Shown here piece by piece: positions 27,244-37,128 of a stretch of 64,000 nt of DNA. Under the pieces are notes generated by a model, which searched no databases, was not told the origin of the DNA, and worked only from the letters and a program-made list of their open reading frames with translations. Every line of letters begins with the position of its first letter. The first letter of the stretch is position 1. Where the stretch lies: positions 73,612 to 137,611 of the forward strand of contig CAZCNY010000005.1 in NCBI GenBank assembly GCA_964500675.1. The letters are read 5' to 3'. Source of the DNA: an uncultured Verrucomicrobiaceae bacterium. Lineage in GTDB: Bacteria; Pseudomonadota; Gammaproteobacteria; Pseudomonadales; CAMLJR01. Both the position numbers and the translations under genes were made by a program.

Positions 27244-27907
27244 TCGCCAACCCCACCACGCGATGCACGATACCGATGCCTTCGATATCGATATCGAACT
27301 GCACGGCGAGCGGCATTTTATCGGTGTCGCTTGGGCTCGCCGGCCATTGCTCAACCCACTCGCCGCCCAGCGCTTGCTGCTTGGCGTTCTGCGATTGACC
27401 GTTGAGAAATTGGATTTTGAAACTCTGCACACCGGTCAACAATTTGATTTGCTGCAGATGATCTTCATCGTCGGTGCGATCGAGCACGAGCCAGTCATCG
27501 CGCCACAAATTGTGATCGGCATCGAGCCGGTAATGCACGCGCTGCAATGTGCTGCGGCGCTGCCCGCGCGGATTGTCCCAGCCGCTGTGCGTGAACTCCA
27601 ATAACTCCTCGGCATCGTCGTTGCCGCCGATCATCGCGGGTCGCAACTCGCCGCGCGCATCGGTAATTGAGCGATCGACGCTCTGGCGCAAATCGCGCAC
27701 GATCCAGCCGATCGCGGTTTCGACTTCGCCGAGCCGCTGCACCATTTCGCCGTGACGCGACGCCGCATTGATCGCCGTGCTCAATCCTGCATAAGCCATA
27801 ACCGCAACCAACGCAGTGATCGCCATCGCGAGCAACACTTCGATGAGCGTAAAGCCCCTGAACGCAGCGAGGCCGCACGCCATTTTATTTCGGCACGATG
27901 CATTCAT
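27224..27907 (-). CDS. gspJ: Type II secretion system minor pseudopilin J
   Basis: Prepilin N-terminus ..FRGFTLIEVLLAMAI. ATGA overlap with gspI. 227 aa. Confidence 0.9.
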   Translation of the reverse strand: MNASCRNKMACGLAAFRGFTLIEVLLAMAITALVAVMAYAGLSTAINAASRHGEMVQRLGEVETAIGWIVRDLRQSVDRSITDARGELRPAMIGGNDDAEELLEFTHSGWDNPRGQRRSTLQRVHYRLDADHNLWRDDWLVLDRTDDEDHLQQIKLLTGVQSFKIQFLNGQSQNAKQQALGGEWVEQWPASPSDTDKMPLAVQFDIDIEGIGIVHRVVGLANEQPVQ

Positions 27908-28311
27908 TGCTGATGATAACTATCGAGCAGCACATCGATACTCGCGAGCGAGCTGGCATCCTTACCTTCGACATCGGACACGGTGATCGTCAGCTGCGCG
28001 ACGCCGGGCTGTTGCAGATTTTTCGGCTGCGCGCGCCAATACCATTTACGGCCGACCATTTCCTCCGTACCTGAAAATGCGTCGGTCGGTAATTGATTGG
28101 TATGCGCATTCGCGAGCAAGGCCAACTCCATTTGATTCTGCGCCACATAATTCGCAAACATTTTTTCGCGCAAATACGCTGTGCCATCGATCTGCCGCAT
28201 CATGGCGGTGAGAATTCCCGTCACGGCCAATGCCACAATCGCAACGGCGACGAGCACTTCCACCAGGGTGAATCCGCTGACGTAATTGGACGACGATTTA
28301 CTGTTCTTCAT
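27904..28311 (-). CDS. gspI: Type II secretion system minor pseudopilin I
   Basis: 135 aa. Prepilin motif SGFTLVEVLVAVAIV. Confidence 0.9.
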   Translation of the reverse strand: MKNSKSSSNYVSGFTLVEVLVAVAIVALAVTGILTAMMRQIDGTAYLREKMFANYVAQNQMELALLANAHTNQLPTDAFSGTEEMVGRKWYWRAQPKNLQQPGVAQLTITVSDVEGKDASSLASIDVLLDSYHQQ

Positions 28312-28909
28312 CGTCTTTTATTTCGAGTTGAATTCGTCCCAACGCATCCGAACGCACAATCGGACCTTTATCGTCACCTTTAAAACGCAGGTGCAATACA
28401 AACGGCGTTACATCGCCGCCCGGCGCGAGCCAGATGGTCGGCGTATTTGACGATGACTTTTTCTTATTATCGGATGTGCTTTTTTTTACATCCGCCGCGG
28501 TGTCGCCCATATCTTTCGGCAGCGGTTCGATCAATTGCTGCTCGCCTTCCACTTCAAGCTCAGCGATGACGTTGTCGGCGAACTCGCCGCCGCTCGGAAT
28601 ATCGCGCGGATGATCCGGCAACCAGCCGTGATCGGTCAGGCGCATAAACCGATAAGCGATCTTGTCGCCGCCGTCATCGGTTACACCGGCGCGATACAAT
28701 TGCACGCCCCACGACTCGCGACTCAGCACGGCCTCCTCCTCGACGAGCGCGGTGAAATTGGCAAAATCGCGCGCATTGTTGCGCAGCTCCTGCGGCTTAT
28801 TGTTGCCGATCGCGACACCGACAATCGCCACGCCCAATCCGATAATGAGCACAACCACCAACAATTCGAGCAGCGTAAAACCCGTCGCCGATTTCTCAAA
28901 TCGCCTCAC
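28298..28909 (-). CDS. gspH: Type II secretion system minor pseudopilin H
   Basis: Prepilin motif TGFTLLELLVVVLIIG. I prefer GTG 28909, which gives the short leader VRRFEKSATG. The track start 28990 would overlap gspG by 47 nt. Confidence 0.8.
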   Translation of the reverse strand: MRRFEKSATGFTLLELLVVVLIIGLGVAIVGVAIGNNKPQELRNNARDFANFTALVEEEAVLSRESWGVQLYRAGVTDDGGDKIAYRFMRLTDHGWLPDHPRDIPSGGEFADNVIAELEVEGEQQLIEPLPKDMGDTAADVKKSTSDNKKKSSSNTPTIWLAPGGDVTPFVLHLRFKGDDKGPIVRSDALGRIQLEIKDDEEQ

Positions 28910-28943
28910 GCATTCGCCATCTCGAACGCACTCGTCAATCAAC

Positions 28944-29426
28944 TCACTGCTGCTCTTTCTGTTCGGTTTGCCAATTGCCGATATCCGCATTTTGATCGTC
29001 GCCGCCCGTCACGCCGTCGGCGCCGAGCGTATAAATATCGTAATCGCCGTGCCCAAACTCGGGCGGATTTAAATATTTGTACGGGCGCCCCCACGGATCC
29101 TCGGGAATTTTTTCGAGATAGCCACCCTGCTTCCAATTGCGCGGAATCGGGTCCATCGTCGGTTTTTCGACGAGCGCCCCGAGCCCCTGTTCGGTCGTCG
29201 GATAAGTGAAATTATCGAGCTTGTACAACTTCAATGCGGTTTCGATATTTTTGATATCGGCTTTCACTTTTTGAATGCGCGCTTCGTCCGCGCGCTGCAA
29301 CACATTCGGCGCGACAATACTGACCAGCAAACCGATGATCACCAGCACCACAAGAATTTCGACAAGACTGAAGCCGTCCTGACCGTTACGCTGCTTCACT
29401 GTACGCTCCCCTTTCACCGTATTCAT
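28944..29426 (-). CDS. gspG: Type II secretion system major pseudopilin G
   Basis: GFSLVEILVVLVIIGLLVSIVAPN plus the conserved GspG core (YKLDNFTYPTTEQGL, DPWGRPYKY, LGADG). An internal GTG at 29399, preceded by GGGGAG, would give a more typical 9-aa leader. Confidence 0.95.
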   Translation of the reverse strand: MNTVKGERTVKQRNGQDGFSLVEILVVLVIIGLLVSIVAPNVLQRADEARIQKVKADIKNIETALKLYKLDNFTYPTTEQGLGALVEKPTMDPIPRNWKQGGYLEKIPEDPWGRPYKYLNPPEFGHGDYDIYTLGADGVTGGDDQNADIGNWQTEQKEQQ

Positions 29427-29432
29427 TTTTAA

Positions 29433-30656
29433 TCAAGTCACCAGATTATTCATTTGAATAATCGGCAATAATATCGCCAACACAATGAGAATGACGAAAC
29501 CTGCCATCACGATCACCATCGCCGGTTCGACGATGGCCATCAAGCTGCCCAATGTCATTTCGAGTTCGCGCTCTTGATTGAGCGCGGAGCGCGCCAGCAT
29601 CGCTTCAAGTTCGCCGCTCGCTTCACCGCTCGCCACCATGTGCACCATCATCGGCGGAAATAATCCGGTTTGCGCGAGCGCGCGATTCAAACTGCCGCCT
29701 TCCTGCACCGAGTTCGCCACTTGTCGGCTCGCTTCGCGCAGTTCAATGTTGGTCAACACTTCGCCCGCGATACGCAAACCTTCCAATAAAGGCACGCCGC
29801 TCGATGTCAAAATACTGAGCGTCGAAGCGAAGCGCGCCGTATCCATCGCCGTAAGCAATCCTGCAATAAACGGCACGCGCAATAAAAATCGGTGCCACCA
29901 ACGCCGGCGGCCCGGATCGCGCAATAAGCGTCGCGCGCCCCACACCAATGCAATCAACACGAAAAGCGTGAATACAAAATAGCTTGAGAAAAAATGGCTG
30001 ACCGCGATCAACAGTTTTGTCAACAACGGCAATTCAGCTTTGCTATGCGCGAATAATCCGACCAGCTTTGGCACCACCACAATCATCAGCATCGAAATTA
30101 CCGCGACCGCCACGCCCACCAAAATAAGCGGGTATATCATCGCCATTTTTAATTTTTGCTGCGTGTACTGACTATTTTCCGTGTAGTCGGCGAGACGCTC
30201 CATCACCGTGCCGAGAAAACCCGCGCTTTCACCCGCGCGCACCATCGCGCGATACATTTCGCTGAACACCTGCGGGAAATCGCCGAGCGCATACGCGAGC
30301 GTGTGTCCCTCGACGACGCGCGAACGCACTTGCAGAATCAGCGCTTTGATTTTGGCGCGACGCGCCTGCTGCGCCGTCGCGGCGATCGCTTCGTCGAGCG
30401 GCATATTCGATTGAATCAGCGTCGCGAGCTGGCGTGTAATCAGCGCCAAATCGGTTTGACTGATGCGCGTGCCGAACAGATTGCGCCAATTACCGACCGC
30501 TTTTTCCTTGGTGCTTTCGCCGGTCGCGACAACTTCGACCGGTTTTAAATCGCGCGCGCGCAATTGCGCGCGCACGTGGCGCTCGGAGTCGGCTTCGACA
30601 ACGCCCTTGACGATTTTGCCGCCGGCGTCGAGTGCACGAAAATTGAAGGCGCCCAT
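29433..30656 (-). CDS. gspF: Type II secretion system inner-membrane platform protein F
   Basis: 407 aa with duplicated GspF domains and three TM segments. Typical N-terminus MGAFNFRALDAGGK..G. Confidence 0.95.
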   Translation of the reverse strand: MGAFNFRALDAGGKIVKGVVEADSERHVRAQLRARDLKPVEVVATGESTKEKAVGNWRNLFGTRISQTDLALITRQLATLIQSNMPLDEAIAATAQQARRAKIKALILQVRSRVVEGHTLAYALGDFPQVFSEMYRAMVRAGESAGFLGTVMERLADYTENSQYTQQKLKMAMIYPLILVGVAVAVISMLMIVVVPKLVGLFAHSKAELPLLTKLLIAVSHFFSSYFVFTLFVLIALVWGARRLLRDPGRRRWWHRFLLRVPFIAGLLTAMDTARFASTLSILTSSGVPLLEGLRIAGEVLTNIELREASRQVANSVQEGGSLNRALAQTGLFPPMMVHMVASGEASGELEAMLARSALNQERELEMTLGSLMAIVEPAMVIVMAGFVILIVLAILLPIIQMNNLVT

Positions 30657-30660
30657 CGCA

Positions 30661-32208
30661 TCAACCCGCCGTCACACGCAACACTTCTTCGACCGTGGTT
30701 TGGCCAGATACGATGCGACGATAACCATCTTCGACAATGCCGGGACTGCGCGTGCGCGCATAAGCGACCATATTCTGTTCGCTCGCGCGCTCATGAATCA
30801 TCGTGCGCAGACGATCGTCGATTTCGATAAATTCATAAATACCGGTGCGGCCGCGATAGCCGCTTTTATTGCAGAGCGCACAACCGCGCGCATGAAACAG
30901 CTGCGGTGGATTCGTTGCATCGAGATGCAGCAGCGCGCATTCGGCTGCATCGGGTGTGTACGACTCTTTGCACTCATTGCAGAGCAAACGCACCAAACGC
31001 TGCGCCATCACCGCGAGCAAACTCGACGACAACAAAAACGGTTCGATGCCCATATCCTGTAAACGCGTGATCGCGCCGATCGCGGTATTCGTGTGCAACG
31101 TCGACAACACCAAATGGCCGGTCAAACTTGCCTGCACCGCGATCTGCGCAGTTTCACCGTCGCGAATTTCGCCGACCATCACCACATCGGGATCCTGGCG
31201 CAAAATCGCGCGCAAGCCCCGCGCAAACGTCATATCGACTTTCGGATTAACCTGCGTCTGCCCGATGCCGGGCAACAGATATTCGATCGGATCTTCGATC
31301 GTCAAAATATTGCGGCTCGCATCGTTGATATGCGTAAGGCCCGCGTACAGCGTCGTGGTTTTACCCGAGCCCGTCGGCCCTGTTACCAGCACGATACCGT
31401 GCGCGGTGCCCAGCGCTTTGCGATAGCCATCGAGCACCTGCCTGTTCATTTGCAGCTGATCGAGCTGCAATTGGCCGGCCTGCTTATCAAGCAGACGCAA
31501 CACGACGCGTTCGCCGTGCGCCGATGGAATTGTCGAGACGCGAATATCGACGGCGTGGCCCGCGAGCTTGATCGAAATACGCCCGTCCTGCGGCACGCGC
31601 TTTTCGGCGATATCGAGTTTCGCCATTACTTTCAACCGCGAAACGAGCAATGGCGCGAGCATGCGTTTGGGCGACAACACTTCGGTCAACACGCCATCGA
31701 CGCGATAGCGCACGGTCAATTTGTCCTCGAAAGTTTCGATATGAATATCGGAGGCTTTTTCGCGCACCGCTTGCGAGAGAATGGCGTTGATTAAACGAAT
31801 GACGGGCGCATCGTCCTCGGCATCCATCAAATCGCCCGTTTCGGGAATTTCGTCGGCGAGGCGCGTGAGATCGATGTCAGCGCCCATATCCTCTGCCATC
31901 TGCACAGCTTCGTTGTTGCCGCGTTGAAACGCCAAACTCAAATGCTGCTGAAATTGTTCGGGAGACAGCAATTCCCATTGCAGCGGTGTGTCGAGCGCGC
32001 GCCGCAGCTCGATCATCACATCGACTTTGAGACCGGGGCGATACCACACGCGCAATGGCGAACGATTTTCATCGACGCTATCGAGATCGAGCAGTACGCC
32101 GTGATTTTGCGCGAAGGTAAAATGCAATTGTCTAACCGCGCGCGGGCTATCGACGCCTGCCGTCGACGCAGCTACCGCTTGCGGTTCAACCGGAACCATT
32201 TCGTTCAC
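30661..32208 (-). CDS. gspE: Type II secretion system ATPase E
   Basis: 515 aa. Walker A GPTGSGKTTT, Asp box, Walker B, His box, and tetracysteine motif CNEC..CALC. GTGA overlap with gspD. Confidence 0.96.
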   Translation of the reverse strand: MNEMVPVEPQAVAASTAGVDSPRAVRQLHFTFAQNHGVLLDLDSVDENRSPLRVWYRPGLKVDVMIELRRALDTPLQWELLSPEQFQQHLSLAFQRGNNEAVQMAEDMGADIDLTRLADEIPETGDLMDAEDDAPVIRLINAILSQAVREKASDIHIETFEDKLTVRYRVDGVLTEVLSPKRMLAPLLVSRLKVMAKLDIAEKRVPQDGRISIKLAGHAVDIRVSTIPSAHGERVVLRLLDKQAGQLQLDQLQMNRQVLDGYRKALGTAHGIVLVTGPTGSGKTTTLYAGLTHINDASRNILTIEDPIEYLLPGIGQTQVNPKVDMTFARGLRAILRQDPDVVMVGEIRDGETAQIAVQASLTGHLVLSTLHTNTAIGAITRLQDMGIEPFLLSSSLLAVMAQRLVRLLCNECKESYTPDAAECALLHLDATNPPQLFHARGCALCNKSGYRGRTGIYEFIEIDDRLRTMIHERASEQNMVAYARTRSPGIVEDGYRRIVSGQTTVEEVLRVTAG

Positions 32209-34388
32209 GGCTGCGCCCCAGCGGGAGCGGCCTCGGTGGCGGGATTGGTAGTCGCAGGAGCATTGGTGGCCGCCGGAGCATTGGTAGCCGCGGGAATATT
32301 GTTAGCGGCAGCGGGCGCACTGGATGGTGTCGGCGCAGCGGATTTTTCCGCGGAGTCTTGCAGATCGCTTTGATGTTTCTGGCGCTGCATCTCTTCAATT
32401 TTTTTTAGCTGCTCCTCCCATTCGGGCAGCAATGGCAATTCGCTCTTCTTGAGAAAATCGGAGCCGCGCTCGCGCGTACCCAACTGCTCGTCGCGGATGT
32501 AACGATATTTTTCGCCCGTGGCCCCCGTTAGCTCGCGGCCATCCCGCACGATTATCGGCCGCAAAAATACCATCAAATTCGTTTTTTGTTTGGTTGCCGA
32601 GCTGCTGCGAAACAGCCGCCCCACAAGCGGAAGATCGCCCAACAAAGGTACTTTCTGCGCCGTTTCCTGAACTTCATCCTTGATCAACCCCCCCAGCACA
32701 ACGGTTTGGCCGTTATCCGATAAAATTTTGCTTTCGATTTTGCGCTCGTTAGTGATGACATCGGTGGCGCCAACCGTGCCCGCATCGCCGCTGACACTGG
32801 AAACTTCCTGCGAAATTTCCAGTACCAGCGAATCGCCTTCGTTGATATGCGGTGTCACTTTCAACGTGAGGCCGACATTTTGGCGCTGAATGGTTTGAAA
32901 CGGACTGCTGACGGCCGATGCGCCGCCCGTCTGCGTGTACGAGCCAGTTTTAAACGGAACTTGCTGGCCGACAACGATCGATGCTTCTTCGTTGTCGAGC
33001 GTCAACAGCGAAGGCGTTGACAAAATATTTGCATCGGCATTTTTCTGCAGCGCGCTTAATACCGCGGTAAAACTGAAGTTATTGCTGACACGACCAATAC
33101 CGAATATCTGCCCTTCCGATCCCGCGATGGCCTTCCCGAGCAAAAAGCGCGGGTCGGTACTCGTAGTCGAGGTTGAAGTTGACGCCGCGCTGAGATCGAC
33201 ACCGAAAGCTGCCCCGGCCGCATTCGCCAACACGCCATTATTCTGCGACGAGCCGCCGAATCCTCCACCGGCATTGGCGAACATCCACTGAATACCGAGG
33301 TCGTTTTCCTTGGTACCCGTCATTTCAACGATAATCGCCTCGACCAATACCTGCGCGCGGCGAATATCGAGACGGTCAATGACCGCATCGAGCGACGACA
33401 TCACATCGGCTTCCGCCGTGATAATGAGAGAATTGGTGCCTTCATCGGCTTCGATGGTCGCTTTACCTTTACCGCCGCTGCTTTGGGCGGCTTGACCCGG
33501 TTGCATCTGTGCAACGTTTTGCATGACCTTATTCAAAACCGTCGCCAAATCTTTTGCTTTCGCATATTGCAAATAACGCACTCTGACATTGCCGCTTTGC
33601 GCGAGCGGGCCATCGAGATGCGAGATTAATGAGCGCACACGTTGACGCTGTATATCGTCGCCGCTGACAAGAATGCTGTTGGTGCGCTTATCCGCGACAA
33701 GCGTCAGACTTTTTCCGGCGATCTCACCGCCCTGCGCTTTGGTCGGATCGCCCTTGTCCAGTTCGTTAATCATGCGCACGATTTCGTCAGCCGATGCGTG
33801 CTGAAGCTGAATGACTTCGGTCTCGCCAACCGCCGCTTTGTCGATGCGCTCAATCACGGCGCGGATGCTGGCGATATTCGAGGCCATATCCGAAATGATG
33901 ATCGCGTTGCTCGGACCATACGCCGCCATATGTGCTTGTTGCGGCGCCAGCGGACGCAATACCGGAATCAATGTCGCCGCAGAAATATTTCTGAGCTGAA
34001 TGACTTCGGTGACGATCGCGCTGTTGTCGCGCTGATTGGCACCGACAACGGGTGCCGCCGAGGATTTTGCGTCGCGTGCAGGCACAATTTTCACCACGCC
34101 GCCCGATTCGATCGCGGCGAAGCCGTTGACATCGAGAATCGACAAAAATAAATCGTAGAGTTGCTGTTTGTTGAGCGGCTGCGACGAAATGACTTGCACA
34201 TGACCTTTCGCTTTCGGATCGACAATAATCGTTTTTCCCGTCACCTGCGCGACAAAACGCACGACTTCTTCCAATTCCGTATCTTTAAAATTAATCGTGA
34301 AAGTCTGCTCTTCAGCATGCGTGAACATTGCCGTCAACATACACAGCACCAGCAGCGGTACACGCAGAATTTGCAACAATTTACTCAC
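32205..34388 (-). CDS. gspD: Type II secretion system secretin D
   Basis: 727 aa. Signal peptide, N0-N3 domains and a secretin core (VPLLGDLPLVGRLF). Unusual Ala/Pro/Thr/Asn repeat tail at the C-terminus. Confidence 0.95.
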   Translation of the reverse strand: MSKLLQILRVPLLVLCMLTAMFTHAEEQTFTINFKDTELEEVVRFVAQVTGKTIIVDPKAKGHVQVISSQPLNKQQLYDLFLSILDVNGFAAIESGGVVKIVPARDAKSSAAPVVGANQRDNSAIVTEVIQLRNISAATLIPVLRPLAPQQAHMAAYGPSNAIIISDMASNIASIRAVIERIDKAAVGETEVIQLQHASADEIVRMINELDKGDPTKAQGGEIAGKSLTLVADKRTNSILVSGDDIQRQRVRSLISHLDGPLAQSGNVRVRYLQYAKAKDLATVLNKVMQNVAQMQPGQAAQSSGGKGKATIEADEGTNSLIITAEADVMSSLDAVIDRLDIRRAQVLVEAIIVEMTGTKENDLGIQWMFANAGGGFGGSSQNNGVLANAAGAAFGVDLSAASTSTSTTSTDPRFLLGKAIAGSEGQIFGIGRVSNNFSFTAVLSALQKNADANILSTPSLLTLDNEEASIVVGQQVPFKTGSYTQTGGASAVSSPFQTIQRQNVGLTLKVTPHINEGDSLVLEISQEVSSVSGDAGTVGATDVITNERKIESKILSDNGQTVVLGGLIKDEVQETAQKVPLLGDLPLVGRLFRSSSATKQKTNLMVFLRPIIVRDGRELTGATGEKYRYIRDEQLGTRERGSDFLKKSELPLLPEWEEQLKKIEEMQRQKHQSDLQDSAEKSAAPTPSSAPAAANNIPAATNAPAATNAPATTNPATEAAPAGAQP

Positions 34389-34419
34389 TTCAATTCCTTA
34401 GCGATAAAATAATTTTTAT

Positions 34420-35427
34420 TCAGTCGGCATTGCCGTTGTTTTGTAACGACACCATCAGCACAACATCTTCGTTGCCGCGATGCACGGTAATCGAGGCTTC
34501 ATTCTGCGTGCGCAACAAGTTGTACAACTCCAATGCGCGCTGCGGGTCATCCAATCTGACATCGTTGATCATCGTGACAACATCTCCCGGCTTCAAACCG
34601 AATTTCGCGAACTGAGCGGGGTCGCGACCGGGATTGATGCGATAGCCGATCAATTTCCCATTCTCGCTGGCCGGCGTAACCTGGATTACATCGGCGAGAC
34701 TGCCGGGATTTTGATAAAGCTGGTTGCGATAGGTTTGCGCCAACTGCGTAACGGTCTCATTGCCGCGCATATCGACCGTGCTCGTTGGCGCCGACTCCGA
34801 GGCAGCAGATTGAGATTGCGATGAAGTGCTGTTCGGATCGTACAACCAAAGCGTTTCGTAGCGACCGTTATTGTCGATGATGGCGCGGTCGACCAATACC
34901 TTGCTCAGCACCACCTTGCCCGCACCAGGCAATTGCTCGCCGATTGCAAACTGTTGCTGACGTCCATCGGCCATGATGAAAGCGCGCGCCTGTGCCGGAT
35001 CGCTTGCGCTGATCACACCGAGCAATTGCAGATTGAGCGTTGTCTCTTGCGCCTGCTCTTCGACCGCAGCCACCACGCGCGGCTGCGCTCCGGCTTCACC
35101 GAACAAATGCCAGCCCGCCATTTTCTCGATATCGACCGCGCCGGCTTTTTTGCTGACAGCAGCTGCTGCGACATTGACCGGCATCACCAGCACGGGCGGG
35201 GTCGCGCGCGACGGTAACGCCAGCCACACCAAGCGCGCCAAATCCGCCAGCATGGCCGCGCCGAGCAGCACCATCAACAGCATCTGCCAACGCCGTACTG
35301 GCACTGCGGCCAAGCGCGCCAGCAACGGCTCAAGCAAGCGCAGAGTGTTCTGCTGGTATCGTGTCCAATTATCGTTAACTGTTTGTGCCGGCAAACGGAC
35401 ACCCTCGCTGCAATTAAAGCGCCTCAC
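34420..35427 (-). CDS. gspC: Type II secretion system protein C (PDZ-containing)
   Basis: 335 aa (GTG start). Single TM (WQMLLMVLLGAAMLADL), HR domain, and C-terminal PDZ-like segment (GLKPGDVVTMINDVRLDDP). First gene of the operon. Confidence 0.8.
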   Translation of the reverse strand: MRRFNCSEGVRLPAQTVNDNWTRYQQNTLRLLEPLLARLAAVPVRRWQMLLMVLLGAAMLADLARLVWLALPSRATPPVLVMPVNVAAAAVSKKAGAVDIEKMAGWHLFGEAGAQPRVVAAVEEQAQETTLNLQLLGVISASDPAQARAFIMADGRQQQFAIGEQLPGAGKVVLSKVLVDRAIIDNNGRYETLWLYDPNSTSSQSQSAASESAPTSTVDMRGNETVTQLAQTYRNQLYQNPGSLADVIQVTPASENGKLIGYRINPGRDPAQFAKFGLKPGDVVTMINDVRLDDPQRALELYNLLRTQNEASITVHRGNEDVVLMVSLQNNGNAD

Positions 35428-35570
35428 TTTTTCGGGCCACAGGCATTATAGGTAGAGGGGCCGACAATAGGAATTCGGAGGCAGTACTTTAGTCGCCGTG
35501 TATGAAACTCGTGTGACGCGCTAGATGCAAATGGAGCATGGCCACGACCAGCGATGCTCCACAGCTCATT

Positions 35571-35600
35571 TATTGTTGCAGCACCTATTGTTGCAGCACC
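35571..35600. repeat. 15-bp tandem duplication containing the protease gene stop codon
   Basis: tattgttgcagcacc x2. On the minus strand it reads GTGCTGCAACAATAG GTGCTGCAACAATAA, that is VLQQ-stop VLQQ-stop. Confidence 0.85.
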
Positions 35601-36943
35601 AAAAACAACCCTGTGCCGCCGCGCATAATCTGCAACAGCAACCGATTTGGTGAATTTTTCGCGGCATTTTTAAGATCGTCCAGCGTATGCACTTGCATGC
35701 GATTGACCGCAACGATGACGTCCCCCGGCTGCAATCCCGACGATTGCGCCGCCGAGCCCGACTCGATACCGACCACTCGAATACCATGACCGTCGCTGCG
35801 CGGCTCCAGCTTCGCACCGGAAAGGAATGGATGTATCCCGCCAGCCGTGGCGACCTCGGCTTGCGGCGCCGCAATCGTTGCCTCGACCGTCTTGCTGCTG
35901 CCTTCGCGCAAGAGCGTCAACTTGATGGTGTCGCCGATGCGGCGCGTGCCGATTTCATTGCGCAACTCAGCCGCACTATCGATCGCCTTGCCGTCGACAC
36001 TGATGACGATGTCACCCGCTTCGATCCCGGCTTTGGCCGCAGCGGAGCCCGCTTGCACTTGGGCGACCACAACGCCGCGCTGATTGCCGCCGAGATTAAA
36101 AGCCTGCGCCAAATCGGGCGTCAGATCTTGAATGACGACACCGAGCTGACCGCGCTTGACCGCGCCGTATTTGAGGATTTGATCGGCGCTATTCTTGGCC
36201 ATATCCACGGGTATGGCGAAACCGATACCGACATTGCCGCCACCCGGCGCGATGATCGCGGTATTTATGCCGATCAATTCGCCTTTGAAATTCACGAGCG
36301 CGCCACCGGAATTGCCCGGGTTGATCGACGCATCGGTCTGAATGAAGTTTTCGTAGCCTTCAATGCCCAAACCTTTGCGCCCCAGTGCGCTGACCACACC
36401 CGTCGTTACGGTTTGACCAAGACCAAACGGGTTGCCGATCGCAATCACGAAATCGCCGACCTGCGCGCTATTCGAATCGCCGATTTTCAACGCAGTGAGC
36501 CGCACGGGGTCGATCTTCAGCACGGCGATATCGACTTCGGAATCGGAGCCGATCAATTTCGCTTTAAATGTGCGTCCATCCTGCAAGCCGACGGTAATTT
36601 CGTTAGCGCCATCGATGACGTGATGATTGGTTAAAACGATGCCTTTCGCCGCATCGATAATGACGCCGGAACCCGCGCTCTGCGTCCGCCGCTTTTGTAC
36701 CTCCGCCCCCGGCGGCAGCTGGAAGAAATGACGAAATACGGGGTCGCTGAGCAACGGGTTCTGAATAGTTTGCGTACCGACCGTGGAGATGTTGACCACC
36801 GCGGGACTGACCTGTTTGAGCAGCGGCGCGATGCTGGGTACCGCGCGACCGTCGCTATCGAAGGGGGGCAAAGAAGCCAACACGGGTTGCGCGACAACGG
36901 CGCAAAGCAGTATCAGCGCCGGGATAACTTTTTTTACTCGCAT
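35585..36943 (-). CDS. degP: Periplasmic serine endoprotease, HtrA family with two PDZ domains (DegP/DegQ/MucD-like)
   Basis: Start set at MRVKKVIPALILLCAVV with AGGAG 8 nt upstream. The track ORF starts 36 codons earlier. Catalytic triad contexts TNHHVIDGA, DIAVLKI and GNSGGALVN, with two PDZ-like segments. Confidence 0.93.
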   Translation of the reverse strand: MRVKKVIPALILLCAVVAQPVLASLPPFDSDGRAVPSIAPLLKQVSPAVVNISTVGTQTIQNPLLSDPVFRHFFQLPPGAEVQKRRTQSAGSGVIIDAAKGIVLTNHHVIDGANEITVGLQDGRTFKAKLIGSDSEVDIAVLKIDPVRLTALKIGDSNSAQVGDFVIAIGNPFGLGQTVTTGVVSALGRKGLGIEGYENFIQTDASINPGNSGGALVNFKGELIGINTAIIAPGGGNVGIGFAIPVDMAKNSADQILKYGAVKRGQLGVVIQDLTPDLAQAFNLGGNQRGVVVAQVQAGSAAAKAGIEAGDIVISVDGKAIDSAAELRNEIGTRRIGDTIKLTLLREGSSKTVEATIAAPQAEVATAGGIHPFLSGAKLEPRSDGHGIRVVGIESGSAAQSSGLQPGDVIVAVNRMQVHTLDDLKNAAKNSPNRLLLQIMRGGTGLFLVLQQ

Positions 36944-37083
36944 GCACGTAACTCCTATCAAACGGAAGGGCAAATCTGGAATGTTGCCGTTAGATGCAAA
37001 AATGCGCGGCTTTCTCCCAGCCCGACAGAATTTCCCTTGATCATCGCGCAATTGCGATGACCCAAATGCAATTGCCCAAATGC

Positions 37084-37111
37084 AAAAACCCCCGCTAAAG
37101 CGGGGGTTTTT
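37084..37111 (-). terminator. Bidirectional rho-independent terminator downstream of rpoS
   Basis: AAAAA-CCCCCGC-taaa-GCGGGGG-TTTTT, 18 nt after the rpoS stop. Confidence 0.85.
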
Positions 37112-37128
37112 GCATTTGCGATTACGTT

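Noticed and set aside
35687-36634. 315-aa plus-strand ORF antisense to the HtrA-family protease, and similar long antisense or alternate-frame ORFs inside dnaE, pyrG, lpxD, gspD and the DUF1631-like gene
   Set aside because: They are Arg/Ala/His-rich shadow ORFs typical of GC-rich coding DNA. In every case the opposite or other frame encodes a strongly recognisable conserved protein.
36944-37128. rsmZ-like sRNA next to rpoS, as in Pseudomonas
   Set aside because: Only two GGA motifs occur on the plus strand. The region is adequately explained by the rpoS terminator plus the promoter and 5' UTR of the protease gene.
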